Shown: positions 1-9,850 of the stretch, one piece after another
How the letters are laid out: every line of letters starts with the position of its first letter
Numbering within the stretch: position 1 is the first letter of the stretch
Origin: an uncultured Nitrososphaeraceae archaeon
GTDB taxonomy: Archaea > Thermoproteota > Nitrososphaeria > Nitrososphaerales > Nitrososphaeraceae
Length of the DNA stretch: 64,000 nucleotides
NCBI GenBank assembly: GCA_963779615.1
Contig: CAVZZA010000005.1
Location: forward strand, 512,001-576,000
Direction: 5' to 3'
The notes under the pieces: generated by a model
What the model saw: only the letters and a program-made list of their open reading frames with translations
Databases searched by the model: none
What the model was told of the DNA's origin: nothing
Translations under genes and position numbers: made by a program

Positions 1-3
1 TAT

Positions 4-639
4 TTATTGCTTTTTTGCTGTTGTTGTAGTGCTGTAGTCTGTGGATGAGGAGGAGGAAGGTGTAGAGGCGGACACACTGACGCTAGAGTTTGCTGCTGCG
101 TCTTTGGCTGCCGCTGTCAGGTGTCTTGAGTTTTGCTCAAATGTTTTTGCCGTGTTTACGCCCATGTTTGACAGGTGCTTTGAGTTGTCCTTTGCCTGTT
201 GCAAAACTGTTTTCCATGAGTCCAGGTTTGAGAATATCACGTTGTTTGTGAGTCTGATTGCTGACACTGTGTTGTCTGCTACATTGCTGACAAACCTTGC
301 GTATGCCTTGGTTGCTGCGTCAGGGTATGAGAACCTTGTGACTAGCCCGTTAAAGCTTTCGCTGTATGGAGCCCATGCTGATTGGAGTGAGCTGATTATT
401 TCCTTTTGTGAGTCAATGTACTCCTCTGAAACCTCTTTTGCGGTTTGGAGTGATTGCTCCTGGTAGCTGTTAACGATGTTGTTGATTCGTGGAATCTGGT
501 TTTTTGACTCGTCTATGGATTTTCTGATGTTGTCTTTGGCCTCGTCAAGTGACCTGTTGACTGACTCTTTGAAATCATTGTTATTGTTGTTATTGTTATA
601 TGAGTAACTTTCTTGTGTTTCTATTTTCTTTGACATCAC
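4..639 (-). CDS. Phasin-like (PHA granule-associated-like) helical protein
   Basis: 211-aa ORF with amphipathic helical pattern (SVNRSLDEAKDNIRKSIDE..YQEQ..SQKEIISSLQSAW) recalling Nitrososphaeraceae phasin-like paralogs; Ser/Thr tail; TATA-like CTTTATATAG about 20-28 bp upstream. Confidence 0.6.
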   Translation of the reverse strand: MMSKKIETQESYSYNNNNNNNDFKESVNRSLDEAKDNIRKSIDESKNQIPRINNIVNSYQEQSLQTAKEVSEEYIDSQKEIISSLQSAWAPYSESFNGLVTRFSYPDAATKAYARFVSNVADNTVSAIRLTNNVIFSNLDSWKTVLQQAKDNSKHLSNMGVNTAKTFEQNSRHLTAAAKDAAANSSVSVSASTPSSSSSTDYSTTTTAKKQ

Positions 640-865
640 TATCTGTTGGTTGGCATCCTATATAAAGACTGGTATTAAACGGTTTTTAATGTCAATAATT
701 TACAGAAGGGTGGTCAACCGCATGTGCATAGATGTCAGATGGCAGCAGCACCGTAACCTTGACCATGTAAATCATCAGCATAATCTGGACGTCTACTTTT
801 ATCAATGATAGGCAGAGTTGGTTTTCGGTATTGGATAGCCCCCTTTTGCAAGGCGACAAGATCAC

Positions 866-934
866 AGCCAAAATTACAGTAGCGGCGGGTCCGGAGGGCT
901 TTGTGCCGATATCGGTCCTTTAAAATAGATTCTT
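866..934 (+). repeat. att-like site 1 (tRNA-3'-end core, right-arm type A)
   Basis: GCGGGTCCGGAGGG at 885-898 followed by CTTTGTGCCGATATCGGTCCTTTAAAATAGATTCT, near-identical to 7098-7146. Confidence 0.8.
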
Positions 935-1247
935 ATTTTTTAGGCGATGTTAAATTATTTAAAGATTTACTTTTGATGGACATTATTTTAATAAGAAAAC
1001 AGACTCCACTTTTACATGGAGTTGAAATACTACACGATTTGTCCTGTGAATGGCATTAGTCTTACTGTAAATCAAAAGATCTTATATGACAATTTATCTC
1101 CATACTTATATAATTGTCCTACCATGACAAACTACGCCCAACATAAGTGGAGAATCTAGTCCTGATTATGGTGTTAAGCAAATCTCCCAAGCAACTGAAA
1201 TAAAGAATCTTTACTTCGATCTTTTAAAGTCACCTAAAAAGGAAATA

Positions 1248-2875
1248 ATGCTGATTTTGCCTACCAGTAATGCCTTTGAGCGTCACGTGCGAATTGGAAT
1301 ATTTGGTTTATTAAGGCAGGTTGAAAGAGAGAAAAACCTCCGGGTTAGAGTTAGGATGCTGGTGCCAGTGGAAAACTTAAAATACAGTGAGGAAATAGTG
1401 CAAGAAACATTTTCTTCAAAAGAAAACTATGAGCAAGATCCCAGTAACAATATCCATATACGGTATATCGCCGAGCAACGGTCTGTCGACCTACAAGAAA
1501 CCATCCTGATAGTGGACAGGGAAACCTCCCTCATAATTGAATTGATGGATGACACGAAAGCTGCTTTTGAAGAGGCAATAGGTCTGGCAACCTACTCTAA
1601 CAGCAAATCAACAGTGTTGTCCTATGTCTCAATATTTGAAAGCCTGTGGGGGCAAACAGAGATGTATCAGGAACTAAACCATCTATACAAGCGGCTCCAA
1701 GACCACGACAAGATGCAAAACGAGTTTATCAGCATTGCAGCCCATGAACTGAGAACCCCCATACAACCAATACTTGGACTGTCCGAACTCCTTCTTTCCA
1801 GGAAGGTGAACATCGAGCAGGAACAAGAGTTGCTAAACGTCATAATCAGAAACGCAAAAAGGCTGCGAAAGATTTCAGAAAACATACTTGATGCAACAAA
1901 AATTGAGAGTCAGCAGTTAAATGTTGACAAGCAATACTTTGGGTTAAATGACATGATAGCAAATGTTCTTGCAGAGAACAAAAAACTGCTGGAAGGCAAC
2001 AACCAAAGAAAAATAATGTTAGCATACTCCAGCAATGATGACAACATTGTTGTAAAGGCAGATTCAGAGAGCTAACTCAGGTTGTCTCGAATCTTTTGGG
2101 TAATGCCATCAAATTCACCCAGAGCGGGGAGATATCCGTTAATGTTGCAAAGGATGAATCCGATCAACAAATTATCGTCAGTGTGACCGACACGGGTCAG
2201 GGTATCGATCCTGAAATAATGCCAAGGCTGTTTTCAAAATTTGCCACAAAATCCATTGCAGGGACAGGATTGGGCCTGTACATATCCAAAAGAATCATTG
2301 AAGCCCATGGAGGCAAAATGTGGGCCGAGAACAATCCAGATGGAACAGGTGCCACATTCTCATTTACGATCCCACTGGTAACTCAGCAAGGCCATAAGGA
2401 AAGCATGGTTATCGACACTGTTTCCACCATGAACAACGGCATTGGGGAAGGGGTAAGGAAGGGAAGTGTGTATCATACCACCCATAAGGCAAAAACAAAG
2501 CGGATATTTTTGGTGGACGATGACCAGGATCACACTGTTACCTTCAAGTTGGGTTTGGAGCTCGCAGGATTTGAAGTTGATGCGTATAATGATTCAGCAA
2601 TCGCATTGTCAAAGTTCAGGCCGGACTACTATGACCTGCTGCTAATTGATGTCAAAATGCCAAAGATTGATGGATTAGAGCTTTATGAAAAGATAAGGAA
2701 AATGGACAACAAAGTTGTGGTGTGGTTTATCACCGCATATGAAACGTATTACAGATCATTAAAAGCAGTCTCACCAACGTCAAAAGGAGAAATGAGTCCA
2801 GGTCCTGTCATTGAAAAACCCATTGAGATAGACAGGCTAGTGAAGCAAATAAAGACAGAGTTGCATCTCAGATAG
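1248..2875 (+). pseudogene. Hybrid sensor histidine kinase/response regulator (HisKA-HATPase-REC), frameshifted
   Basis: H-box AAHELRTP in 1248-2075; N/G boxes (NAIKF, DTGQG, GTGLGL) and receiver (VDDD..DVKMP) in 2096-2875; adding one base at about 2070 (GAGAG^CTAACTCAG) restores DSE-R-LTQVVSNLLGNAIKF. Confidence 0.85.
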
Positions 2876-2996
2876 GCATCCCTTGTCACAGACCTGATTG
2901 CATGTGCATATGGGGAACACGCATCGCAGTCTTGCCCCTGCTGTTTTTGCCCCATACCCAACTATTGATTTGTGGGCCCATTATTTTGTTTTGATC

Positions 2997-3069
2997 CCCA
3001 ATAAAGTAGTGAAACTGCGACGGGCCCGGAGGGATGTGATTCAAGATTCAAAAATGAATGAAACCTAAA
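2997..3069 (+). repeat. att-like site 2 (right-arm type B)
   Basis: CCCAATAAAGTAGTGAAACTGCG-ACGGGCCCGGAGGG(3020-3033)-ATGTGATTCAAGATTCAAAAATGAATGAAACCTAAA. Confidence 0.75.
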
Positions 3070-3419
3070 TTCAGTAATAAAATAGCATCCTTTCATCTTC
3101 ACTGGAGTTTGTCTATACTTATTTTCTCCATAGGCCATGTGAATCCCATTTATGGTTATTGCAAGTCCAGACCTTGATTCATTCCGTCAATAATGCCGTC
3201 TCCTGGCTGGATGGGCCATCCATCGTAAAGTACTTTCTCCCCTCAATAGACGTTTGTTAAGGCTATTGAGGCGGTTCTATTTGTTCAGGAAGACCTGACG
3301 TTCTTTCAATCCTTTTTTGTAGCCAAAAGATAAAGTGTAACGGGCTCTTCACATTCCTCTTCTCTTATCCACAGAACGTGGAAGTTTTCATCAGACATTA
3401 AATTTAAGGTTTCTTAGTT

Positions 3420-3960
3420 TGAAGGGAATCGAATCTCAAATCCGTATATATCACAAATCCCATTTTCAACCTCAACGCCCTTACCACAGAATTTGCCATT
3501 ATGGTTTCTTGCCGAAAAGAAGTTTAGGCCATTTGGCTTTAGCACTATTTATTTCTGAAAGTATGGAATGAATTTCTTCTAAAGAAAACCTCGTGTTAAG
3601 CAGCATGTGGGGGAATACACCGCATCAAGATGAGCATCTGGAAAAGGAAACGGTTTATTGACATCGTAAACTCGCGGTTCTATTTTTAATTTTTTTCCTG
3701 TGCCATTTCACATAATATTTCGATAGCCGTGATGGAGTAGTAGTCCAATGCATCTACCGAAAGGCCTTTGGAAGCAAAAAATACCGTATCCCTGCCGTGA
3801 CCGGCCCCAATCTCCAATATCCCCTCTACATTGTTTGCCCTCATATCACCAAAACAAAGCATGGCAAAGCTGCTGGGTTCCTCCCCAATGAAACTGCCGT
3901 CTGAACCGTATACCCTGTTCCAAGCTTCACTGAACTCCTTTGTTTCTAGTCCTTTGTTAT
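3420..3960 (-). pseudogene. Class I SAM-dependent methyltransferase, fragmented
   Basis: ILEIGAGHGRDTVFF..VDALDY motif in ORF 3686-4024; C-terminal half (KPNGLNFFSARNHNGKFCGKGVEVENGI) continues in broken frames. Confidence 0.75.
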
Positions 3961-4067
3961 CATCATCTTTCCTTTTTTTTGTAGTGATAGAGTGCAGACA
4001 ATGCAATGTAATCATCAGACACAAAAAATGAACTTTTTTGTTCTATGAGATCTCAAAAATTTATGGA

Positions 4068-4883
4068 TTAGTGCTGCATCATTGCCATAGGCATTTTATC
4101 TGCAGTTTTGTTTGCCGCTGCCTCCTCAGGACCCATCATTGTTTTGGTTGAAATAGAACGGTCTATTCCAATTCCGCTAATCAGTGTTCCAAACATTTCG
4201 TTTGAGCTTGAGAAATGCCCCCCTGTTTTATTTACATCAATTGTGAGCCCTAGAACTTTCTTACCCATGAGGTGGACAATCAGGGGAACCTGGTCGTATT
4301 CCAACCCATTGTCAGAGTGAATATCTGCTGTTCCAGTTACAACTATGTCATTGCCTGTAGGAAATACATTATTCGATGAAAAGTTTTTGATTGTGTGGTT
4401 GTGCGAAAGGCTTCCGTCTGGCTTTATCATGGTGAAATCGGCAGCAAAGTTTGCTTTGTAGTTGCTGGCACTTGTCTGATTGTTGTCATTGTTGTTGTTG
4501 TTACCGTCATTATATGTCACATTATTTATTTGAAGGTTCCAAAACCCACCTTGAATCCATGTGACAACTCCCTCTTTAATCTGGTTGTTTGCAAAATGCC
4601 CTGATGCCTCCATTATGCTTTCAGGCTTGTTTTGGTTGTTTGTGTCTTTGTCTGTCGGCGAGATATTTGCAGAAGGTTGTTGTTGTTGTTGTGCAATAGC
4701 CTGCGGGATGTCGTTATTGGTATGTGATAAAGGTTTTGTTGGTATGCCTGTTGGCAGGTTTTGAAATGCTGTTATAAACAAAAATCCAATGAGAATTATG
4801 GTGTGCATGTTGTCCTTGACTGAATATTGAAGAAAATTGCTCCCCATATAGTATTTTTTATTGTTGTTGTTTATAAAAAGCAC
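4068..4883 (-). CDS. Secreted hypothetical protein (start probably near 4808)
   Basis: Hydrophobic N-terminus, AIAQ cleavage-like site, beta-rich core, Met-rich tail. Confidence 0.7.
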   Translation of the reverse strand: MLFINNNNKKYYMGSNFLQYSVKDNMHTIILIGFLFITAFQNLPTGIPTKPLSHTNNDIPQAIAQQQQQPSANISPTDKDTNNQNKPESIMEASGHFANNQIKEGVVTWIQGGFWNLQINNVTYNDGNNNNNDNNQTSASNYKANFAADFTMIKPDGSLSHNHTIKNFSSNNVFPTGNDIVVTGTADIHSDNGLEYDQVPLIVHLMGKKVLGLTIDVNKTGGHFSSSNEMFGTLISGIGIDRSISTKTMMGPEEAAANKTADKMPMAMMQH

Positions 4884-4903
4884 CCATAAATTGAAAAATC
4901 AAA

Positions 4904-4921
4904 TTTTGAGGGCCCTCAAAA
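4904..4921. promoter_or_regulatory. Perfect 18-bp palindrome, candidate operator
   Basis: TTTTGAGGGCCCTCAAAA upstream of the 4068-4883 gene. Confidence 0.4.
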
Positions 4922-5351
4922 GGACGGCCGGTTGGCGGTTTTTTTGCTTTTGTCATTTGAATCCTTAATGCGGCTGAGAGAAACCATTTGAAAAGGTATT
5001 TGTTTCTATTAATAGAGAATTGGAAATCTACAAAACCTGAATAAACCATTTATTTGACCATTTAACCATCCACCGCAATAGTTCTAAGGGAGTACAAGAA
5101 TGAGTCGGCCCCTTTCTAAAATTGTTTTATGGCCTAAAGAAAAACAGTACCAGAGTAAAGGACATCAGATACGCCATGGACAGCATGAACGCCATAATGG
5201 CCTAGAGCAGCGAAGGGGCAAAATGAAGGAGGAGGAGGAGGTTCATTCGCTAAAAGAGGAGAGGACATTGTTGGACAACCTGGGCGACATCAAAAGGGCA
5301 TGTTGTTGAATGTCCGCTTAATACCATTCTGAAAGAAGGTTTGACTGGTCT

Positions 5352-5609
5352 CTATTTTATAAACTCTATAATTGCTTGTCTTGGGTCAATGTTGTTTTCA
5401 TTCAAAGTTTCCAACAGTTTTAGTGGGTCTTTGGCGCTGTAGACTTTCCGGTTCTTTACTGCAACAAACTCGTTTTTGTGCTTTAGGCAAAGTTCGTCGT
5501 GCTTATCACTAAAGTACTCGAAATCCTTTTCATACTCTTTTGATAGTTCCCTTTCTTCACCCTTGACGGCTTTTCTCTTGCCCACACCCATAAGATAGGT
5601 CTCACTCAA
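5352..5609 (-). CDS. Small DUF5678-like protein
   Basis: DFEYFSDKHDELCLKHKNEFVAVKNRKV..KDPLKLL pattern. Confidence 0.6.
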   Translation of the reverse strand: MSETYLMGVGKRKAVKGEERELSKEYEKDFEYFSDKHDELCLKHKNEFVAVKNRKVYSAKDPLKLLETLNENNIDPRQAIIEFIK

Positions 5610-5848
5610 AAATACTTTTTGATATCAAAAGCTGTTATCCAATACCATTATAAATTCATAAAAAGATGTAACCGGGTGTTGTTTGTCAGCCACAATGAAC
5701 ACAGGTTTTAACATGTTCCTGATATAGCATGTTCGCCCTTTCACCGTCTCTTGTCCATCTTCTCAACCAATTAATTTTCGAGTTGTTCCTAAATATTTGA
5801 TGCACTAAATTACTCACATTTTGTAAAGGAATTACTATTGAGTTTGAA

Positions 5849-5913
5849 CCCAATAAATAGTCAATTTGATGCGGGCCCGGTGGGGTGCGGTTCAAAAATT
5901 AATGAAACCTAAA
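5849..5913 (+). repeat. att-like site 3 (right-arm type B)
   Basis: CCCAATAAATAGTCAATTTGAT-GCGGGCCCGGTGGG(5871-5884)-GTGCGGTTCAAAAATTAATGAAACCTAAA. Confidence 0.8.
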
Positions 5914-6160
5914 CTGGTTTATTTGTATTTCAATAAATGTTATAAGATATTATTCTAACGATTGTAAAAAAAGAACAACAAGGTTATTGTCCAAGTTCAT
6001 CGTAACCAAATTACCATAAAATTACTACAGGCCACATTTTACAGTCAACATAGAATTGAGAGGATATCAGTAAAAATAAAAAAAGGATTCTTTTAAATTT
6101 TTTACACATGTGTTTAGATGTTGGTCATGTTAAATTGAGTGATGTTTACACAGCATAACT

Positions 6161-6730
6161 CTATGGTCCGAATGCCAATCCGGAGTCCTTTAGACACTTT
6201 ATCAAGTTGTTGATTAATTCATCTGAAAGGGCAAACTGTTCCTTTAAGTAATCCCTAATCAACGATTCTGAAATCATACCCTCACTTGCCCCTGCTGCGC
6301 ATTCACCTGCAAGCGAAATCTGATTAGTGTCAATTAATATCTTGCTTATTTGTTCCGAGGTAAAGAATTTTGTGAAACACTGCTCACAGGTTAATGGTGC
6401 CGGTTGTGTTGGTGGTGTTGCAGCGGATGGTGTGGATTGTGGAACACTACTGCTTTGGTCGTTGAACCCCTTTGCGTCGTTGTCCTTGCCCACTATCTGT
6501 TGTGCTTCATTTCCCTGCTTGCAATCGTCGCTCCTGTAGCAGAAGTTGTCCTGGTCCAGGTGTTGGCCTGCGCTCTTTTTGTCAACTTCAGAGCCTGCCT
6601 TTACAGATGACTTGAAATCAGTGGCTTTTTTGTGCTGGTCTGCATATGACTGCATCGGGATTATGCTAGTTCCCATTATTAATAACGATGTGACTACTGC
6701 CATCAACAGAATGTTTCTAGTATTGCCCAT
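6161..6730 (-). CDS. Secreted protein, conserved N-domain plus variable Cys-containing C-domain (paralog A)
   Basis: Signal peptide ..PMQSYA; LDQDNFCYRSDDCKQGNEAQQIVGKDNDAKGFNDQS shared with 7438-8028. Confidence 0.85.
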   Translation of the reverse strand: MGNTRNILLMAVVTSLLIMGTSIIPMQSYADQHKKATDFKSSVKAGSEVDKKSAGQHLDQDNFCYRSDDCKQGNEAQQIVGKDNDAKGFNDQSSSVPQSTPSAATPPTQPAPLTCEQCFTKFFTSEQISKILIDTNQISLAGECAAGASEGMISESLIRDYLKEQFALSDELINNLIKCLKDSGLAFGP

Positions 6731-7072
6731 AATTGAAATTCAGACGCATTTGTTGATATAATTGAAGTAAGTTTGTTAATACTTAATATTTTGTCGGAAT
6801 TTATTAACCTGAAAAGACAAGTATAACATTTATGCCATATTGTTTAAGATGATTATTTGATAGAATCTTTACCTCATTTATCAAATGAAGTGTAGCTGCT
6901 ATATTTCGGTGAAACAACTTAAAAAACAACACATGTAACAAAGCCTTGGATGTTGTAATAGTAAATCATAATGGGCGATTTCTTGCATCTTTAAAAACCA
7001 ACCTGTATATCCACATCATATGTACGATGATTCTAAACAGACAGCAAAAACAAAAATTGGTCATAGACTTGG

Positions 7073-7146
7073 TCCCAGAAAAAGCGTTATCATTGAAGCG
7101 GGCCCGGAGGGCTTCGTGCCGATATCGGTCCTTTTAAATGGATTCT
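7073..7146 (+). repeat. att-like site 4 (right-arm type A)
   Basis: CCCAGAAAAAGCGTTATCATTGAA-GCGGGCCCGGAGGG(7098-7111)-CTTCGTGCCGATATCGGTCCTTTTAAATGGATTCT. Confidence 0.8.
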
Positions 7147-7437
7147 AGTCATATTGAAACTGTTAGGATATAAAGTTATCAATTCATATAAAATACAATA
7201 TCGTTTTTTTCATAAGAGTATAAAAAAATATGCAAGTTATTGCAGTACCTTTTGTTGATTTTGAAGGTAGGTATAAAGAACATCGTTAAATTATAAGATA
7301 AAGTTATGCTAAACATTTCTCTTTGCATTTCTAGTGTAAAAATTATGCTTATATTTTCAGGTAAACAAATTCCAATAAAATATCAGGTATCAACAATCCT
7401 ATCCTAATTATACCAAAAAATGTATCATATTCCAATC

Positions 7438-8028
7438 ATGAATAACACAAAAAATTTATTATTGATAGCAATAATCGCGATAACACTCGTTTTGGGGACA
7501 AGCGTTATCCCAATGCAGTCATTTGCAGACAAGGACAATGACAATCACAAAAAAACCAAGGACTTTAAATCCTCAATAATCGCAGGCTCTGAGTCAGACA
7601 AGAAGAGCGCAATCCAAAAACTGGACCAAGACAACTTCTGCTACAGGGGCGACGACTGTGAGCAAGCCAACCAGGGACAACAGATAGTTGGAAAGGACAA
7701 CGACGCAAAGGGATTCAATGACCAAAGCGACAACCTCGCAATATCCACTTCAGCATCAGGCGCAGGCAATGGTACAGGAACGGGAGGAACAACAACACCT
7801 CAACAGAAATGTGAACTCTGTCTATTGGATGTTGACTTAACAGCCTTCTTCTCTGCTGCCCATGTTAGCGATTCAGGAATTGATACCACCGCAAAGCTTT
7901 GTGCATTGCTCTCGGCTGGCACTCTCGATGATGTCATTTTAGAGATATTATTGAGATTTTTAAGCGACCCTACAGAGCAATGCTTGATAGACGCAGGCAT
8001 TAATCTAACTGTTCGTCCTACACAATAG
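7438..8028 (+). CDS. Secreted protein, conserved N-domain plus variable Cys-containing C-domain (paralog B)
   Basis: Start at 7438 by alignment with paralog A (MNNTKNLLL vs MGNTRNILL); same QDNFCYR..GFNDQS block; G/T linker, then CELC..C..C. Confidence 0.85.
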   Translation: MNNTKNLLLIAIIAITLVLGTSVIPMQSFADKDNDNHKKTKDFKSSIIAGSESDKKSAIQKLDQDNFCYRGDDCEQANQGQQIVGKDNDAKGFNDQSDNLAISTSASGAGNGTGTGGTTTPQQKCELCLLDVDLTAFFSAAHVSDSGIDTTAKLCALLSAGTLDDVILEILLRFLSDPTEQCLIDAGINLTVRPTQ

Positions 8029-8054
8029 AAAAGAATTACAGAATCGTGAAAAAG

Positions 8055-8088
8055 ACACCTAAAGATAGGTGTGAAATCTTTTTTTTTA
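8055..8088 (+). terminator. Hairpin plus oligo-T terminator-like element
   Basis: ACACCTA-AAGA-TAGGTGT followed by a T-run downstream of 7438-8028. Confidence 0.45.
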
Positions 8089-8212
8089 TAATCTAATACA
8101 ATAAGATTTATTTTCATGGATATACCCATGGGAATAGTTACAATATGAATTATTATTCTTTTTAAAGGACCTGGAAAGGTTTCTTAAGGTTTGAATTTCT
8201 GCATTTAAGAAA

Positions 8213-8400
8213 ATAACAATAAATGCAAAATTAGAAAAACGAACCAGAAGAAATTAACCAGTCGCTTAAGGAAAGGGACAAATGTAAGGATGACGCCATA
8301 ACAATGCTCTCAGACCAGCTTTTGACAATCACGGAGAGCAGAAGGAACTGGAAAGAAAGCAACAATTCCAAGAAAACAAAAAATCCGGATATGTCATTCT
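8213..8400 (+). pseudogene. Frameshifted coiled-coil remnant, possibly a tyrosine-integrase C-terminal tail
   Basis: Stitching three frames gives INAKLEKR/EEINQSLKERDKCKDDAITMLSDQLLTITE/QKELERKQQ; family assignment is from recalled resemblance only. Confidence 0.4.
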
Positions 8401-8504
8401 ATTTACTAAAGTAAATAACTAGAGTTTTTAGACTATTATAATTATTTCCATCATATTTTTTTTAATAAATTTTCTTTAGTTAATGTGTTAATCTAGATTA
8501 ACAA

Positions 8505-8570
8505 CCCAAGAAAATAGTCAAATTTGATGCGGGCCCGGAGGGGTCCGGTTCAAAAATGAATTGAATCTAA
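8505..8570 (+). repeat. att-like site 5 (right-arm type B)
   Basis: CCCAAGAAAATAGTCAAATTTGAT-GCGGGCCCGGAGGG(8529-8542)-GTCCGGTTCAAAAATGAATTGAATCTAA. Confidence 0.8.
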
Positions 8571-8717
8571 TATAGTTACAACTATCCTATGCATTTCTAT
8601 GTTAAACAATATATAAAATAATTAAAAAAACAATTTTATCAAGTATCCAATGGATTGGTGTGGCCAGAATCCACAGAGTAGTTGGTCAGTTAACAGGTAA
8701 GGTATTCCCTTGCTTCA

Positions 8718-9797
8718 TCAACCAGAGGGTGTTGTAGTCGACAGGAATGTATTTAATATCTTACCAATTTCTTCTGGATATTGATCCATTACTGCATGAC
8801 CAGCATCTTTGATCTGTACCAACCATGCCCCTGGAATCTTTTCTACAATCTTTAAAGAATTGACATGCGGCGCGTAAGTCTTATCGTCTGTTCCAGTTAT
8901 GACCAAAGTGGGCTTATCCAATTTCGCAAGCTCATCACAAGCACCACTCCAGTTTGGATTATCCTCCCAATGCTTTCCTATGTTATTCTGGTTATTCATT
9001 ATTTCAGGGGGCAAATCAGGCTTTAATTGCTGCAACATTGTAATGTTTTCTGCAACGTCAGCAGATTCAGGATGCAATTTTATCCATCCAGACCCTAATG
9101 AGGCAGTTACAAGGGATTTCATCTCCTCCCGAGAAATAGATTCATTGTTTAGAGATTTGTTTACGATATCGGCCTGCAATTTTATAAACTCGGGTGGTTT
9201 AGGAGTATGATCTTTTCCACCACAGGTAGAACCAACAAGTATAAGACTATTGACCTTATCTGGATACATCATTGTAAGCTGTTGGGCCAAGTTTGATCCA
9301 AGAGAATATCCAAAGACATTTGCCTTTTGTATTTTTAGAGCATCAAGCAAACCAGCTGAATCGTTTGCTATTTGCTGATAAGTGTATGGCTTGAAACCAG
9401 CTGTTGTATTTCCAATCCCACGTTGATCAAACGCAATTACTGTGTGATTTGGAGAAACACTACTTATAAAGGACGGATCCCAGGCATCCATACCATCAGA
9501 AGCGCCATTGAAAAGTATTATTGGATCACCCTTGCCAACCATCTTGTAGGCAACATCAATGTCTCCAACATGGACTTTTTCCAATTGGATGTCTTGCATA
9601 TTCACCAAGTTCGCAGTATTGGAATTGGCCTGGCCAGGATCTGTTTGACCATACACTACATTGGTAATGCCATTATAACCATTGGCACTAATTGACGAGT
9701 TTGAGAAAACTAGAGTAGATATGACTGCAATAATGAAAAGATAATCTTTCCTTTCAACTCTATTACCATTCACAAACTTATGCTTTTTCTCAGGCAT
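8718..9797 (-). CDS. Secreted alpha/beta hydrolase
   Basis: GYSLG nucleophile elbow, FDQRGIG, GTDD, AGH; N-terminal hydrophobic segment. Confidence 0.9.
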   Translation of the reverse strand: MPEKKHKFVNGNRVERKDYLFIIAVISTLVFSNSSISANGYNGITNVVYGQTDPGQANSNTANLVNMQDIQLEKVHVGDIDVAYKMVGKGDPIILFNGASDGMDAWDPSFISSVSPNHTVIAFDQRGIGNTTAGFKPYTYQQIANDSAGLLDALKIQKANVFGYSLGSNLAQQLTMMYPDKVNSLILVGSTCGGKDHTPKPPEFIKLQADIVNKSLNNESISREEMKSLVTASLGSGWIKLHPESADVAENITMLQQLKPDLPPEIMNNQNNIGKHWEDNPNWSGACDELAKLDKPTLVITGTDDKTYAPHVNSLKIVEKIPGAWLVQIKDAGHAVMDQYPEEIGKILNTFLSTTTPSG

Positions 9798-9850
9798 ATA
9801 AACGAGATGCAGTAATAGACAAAATTACTACCCTATTTACACATAACACT

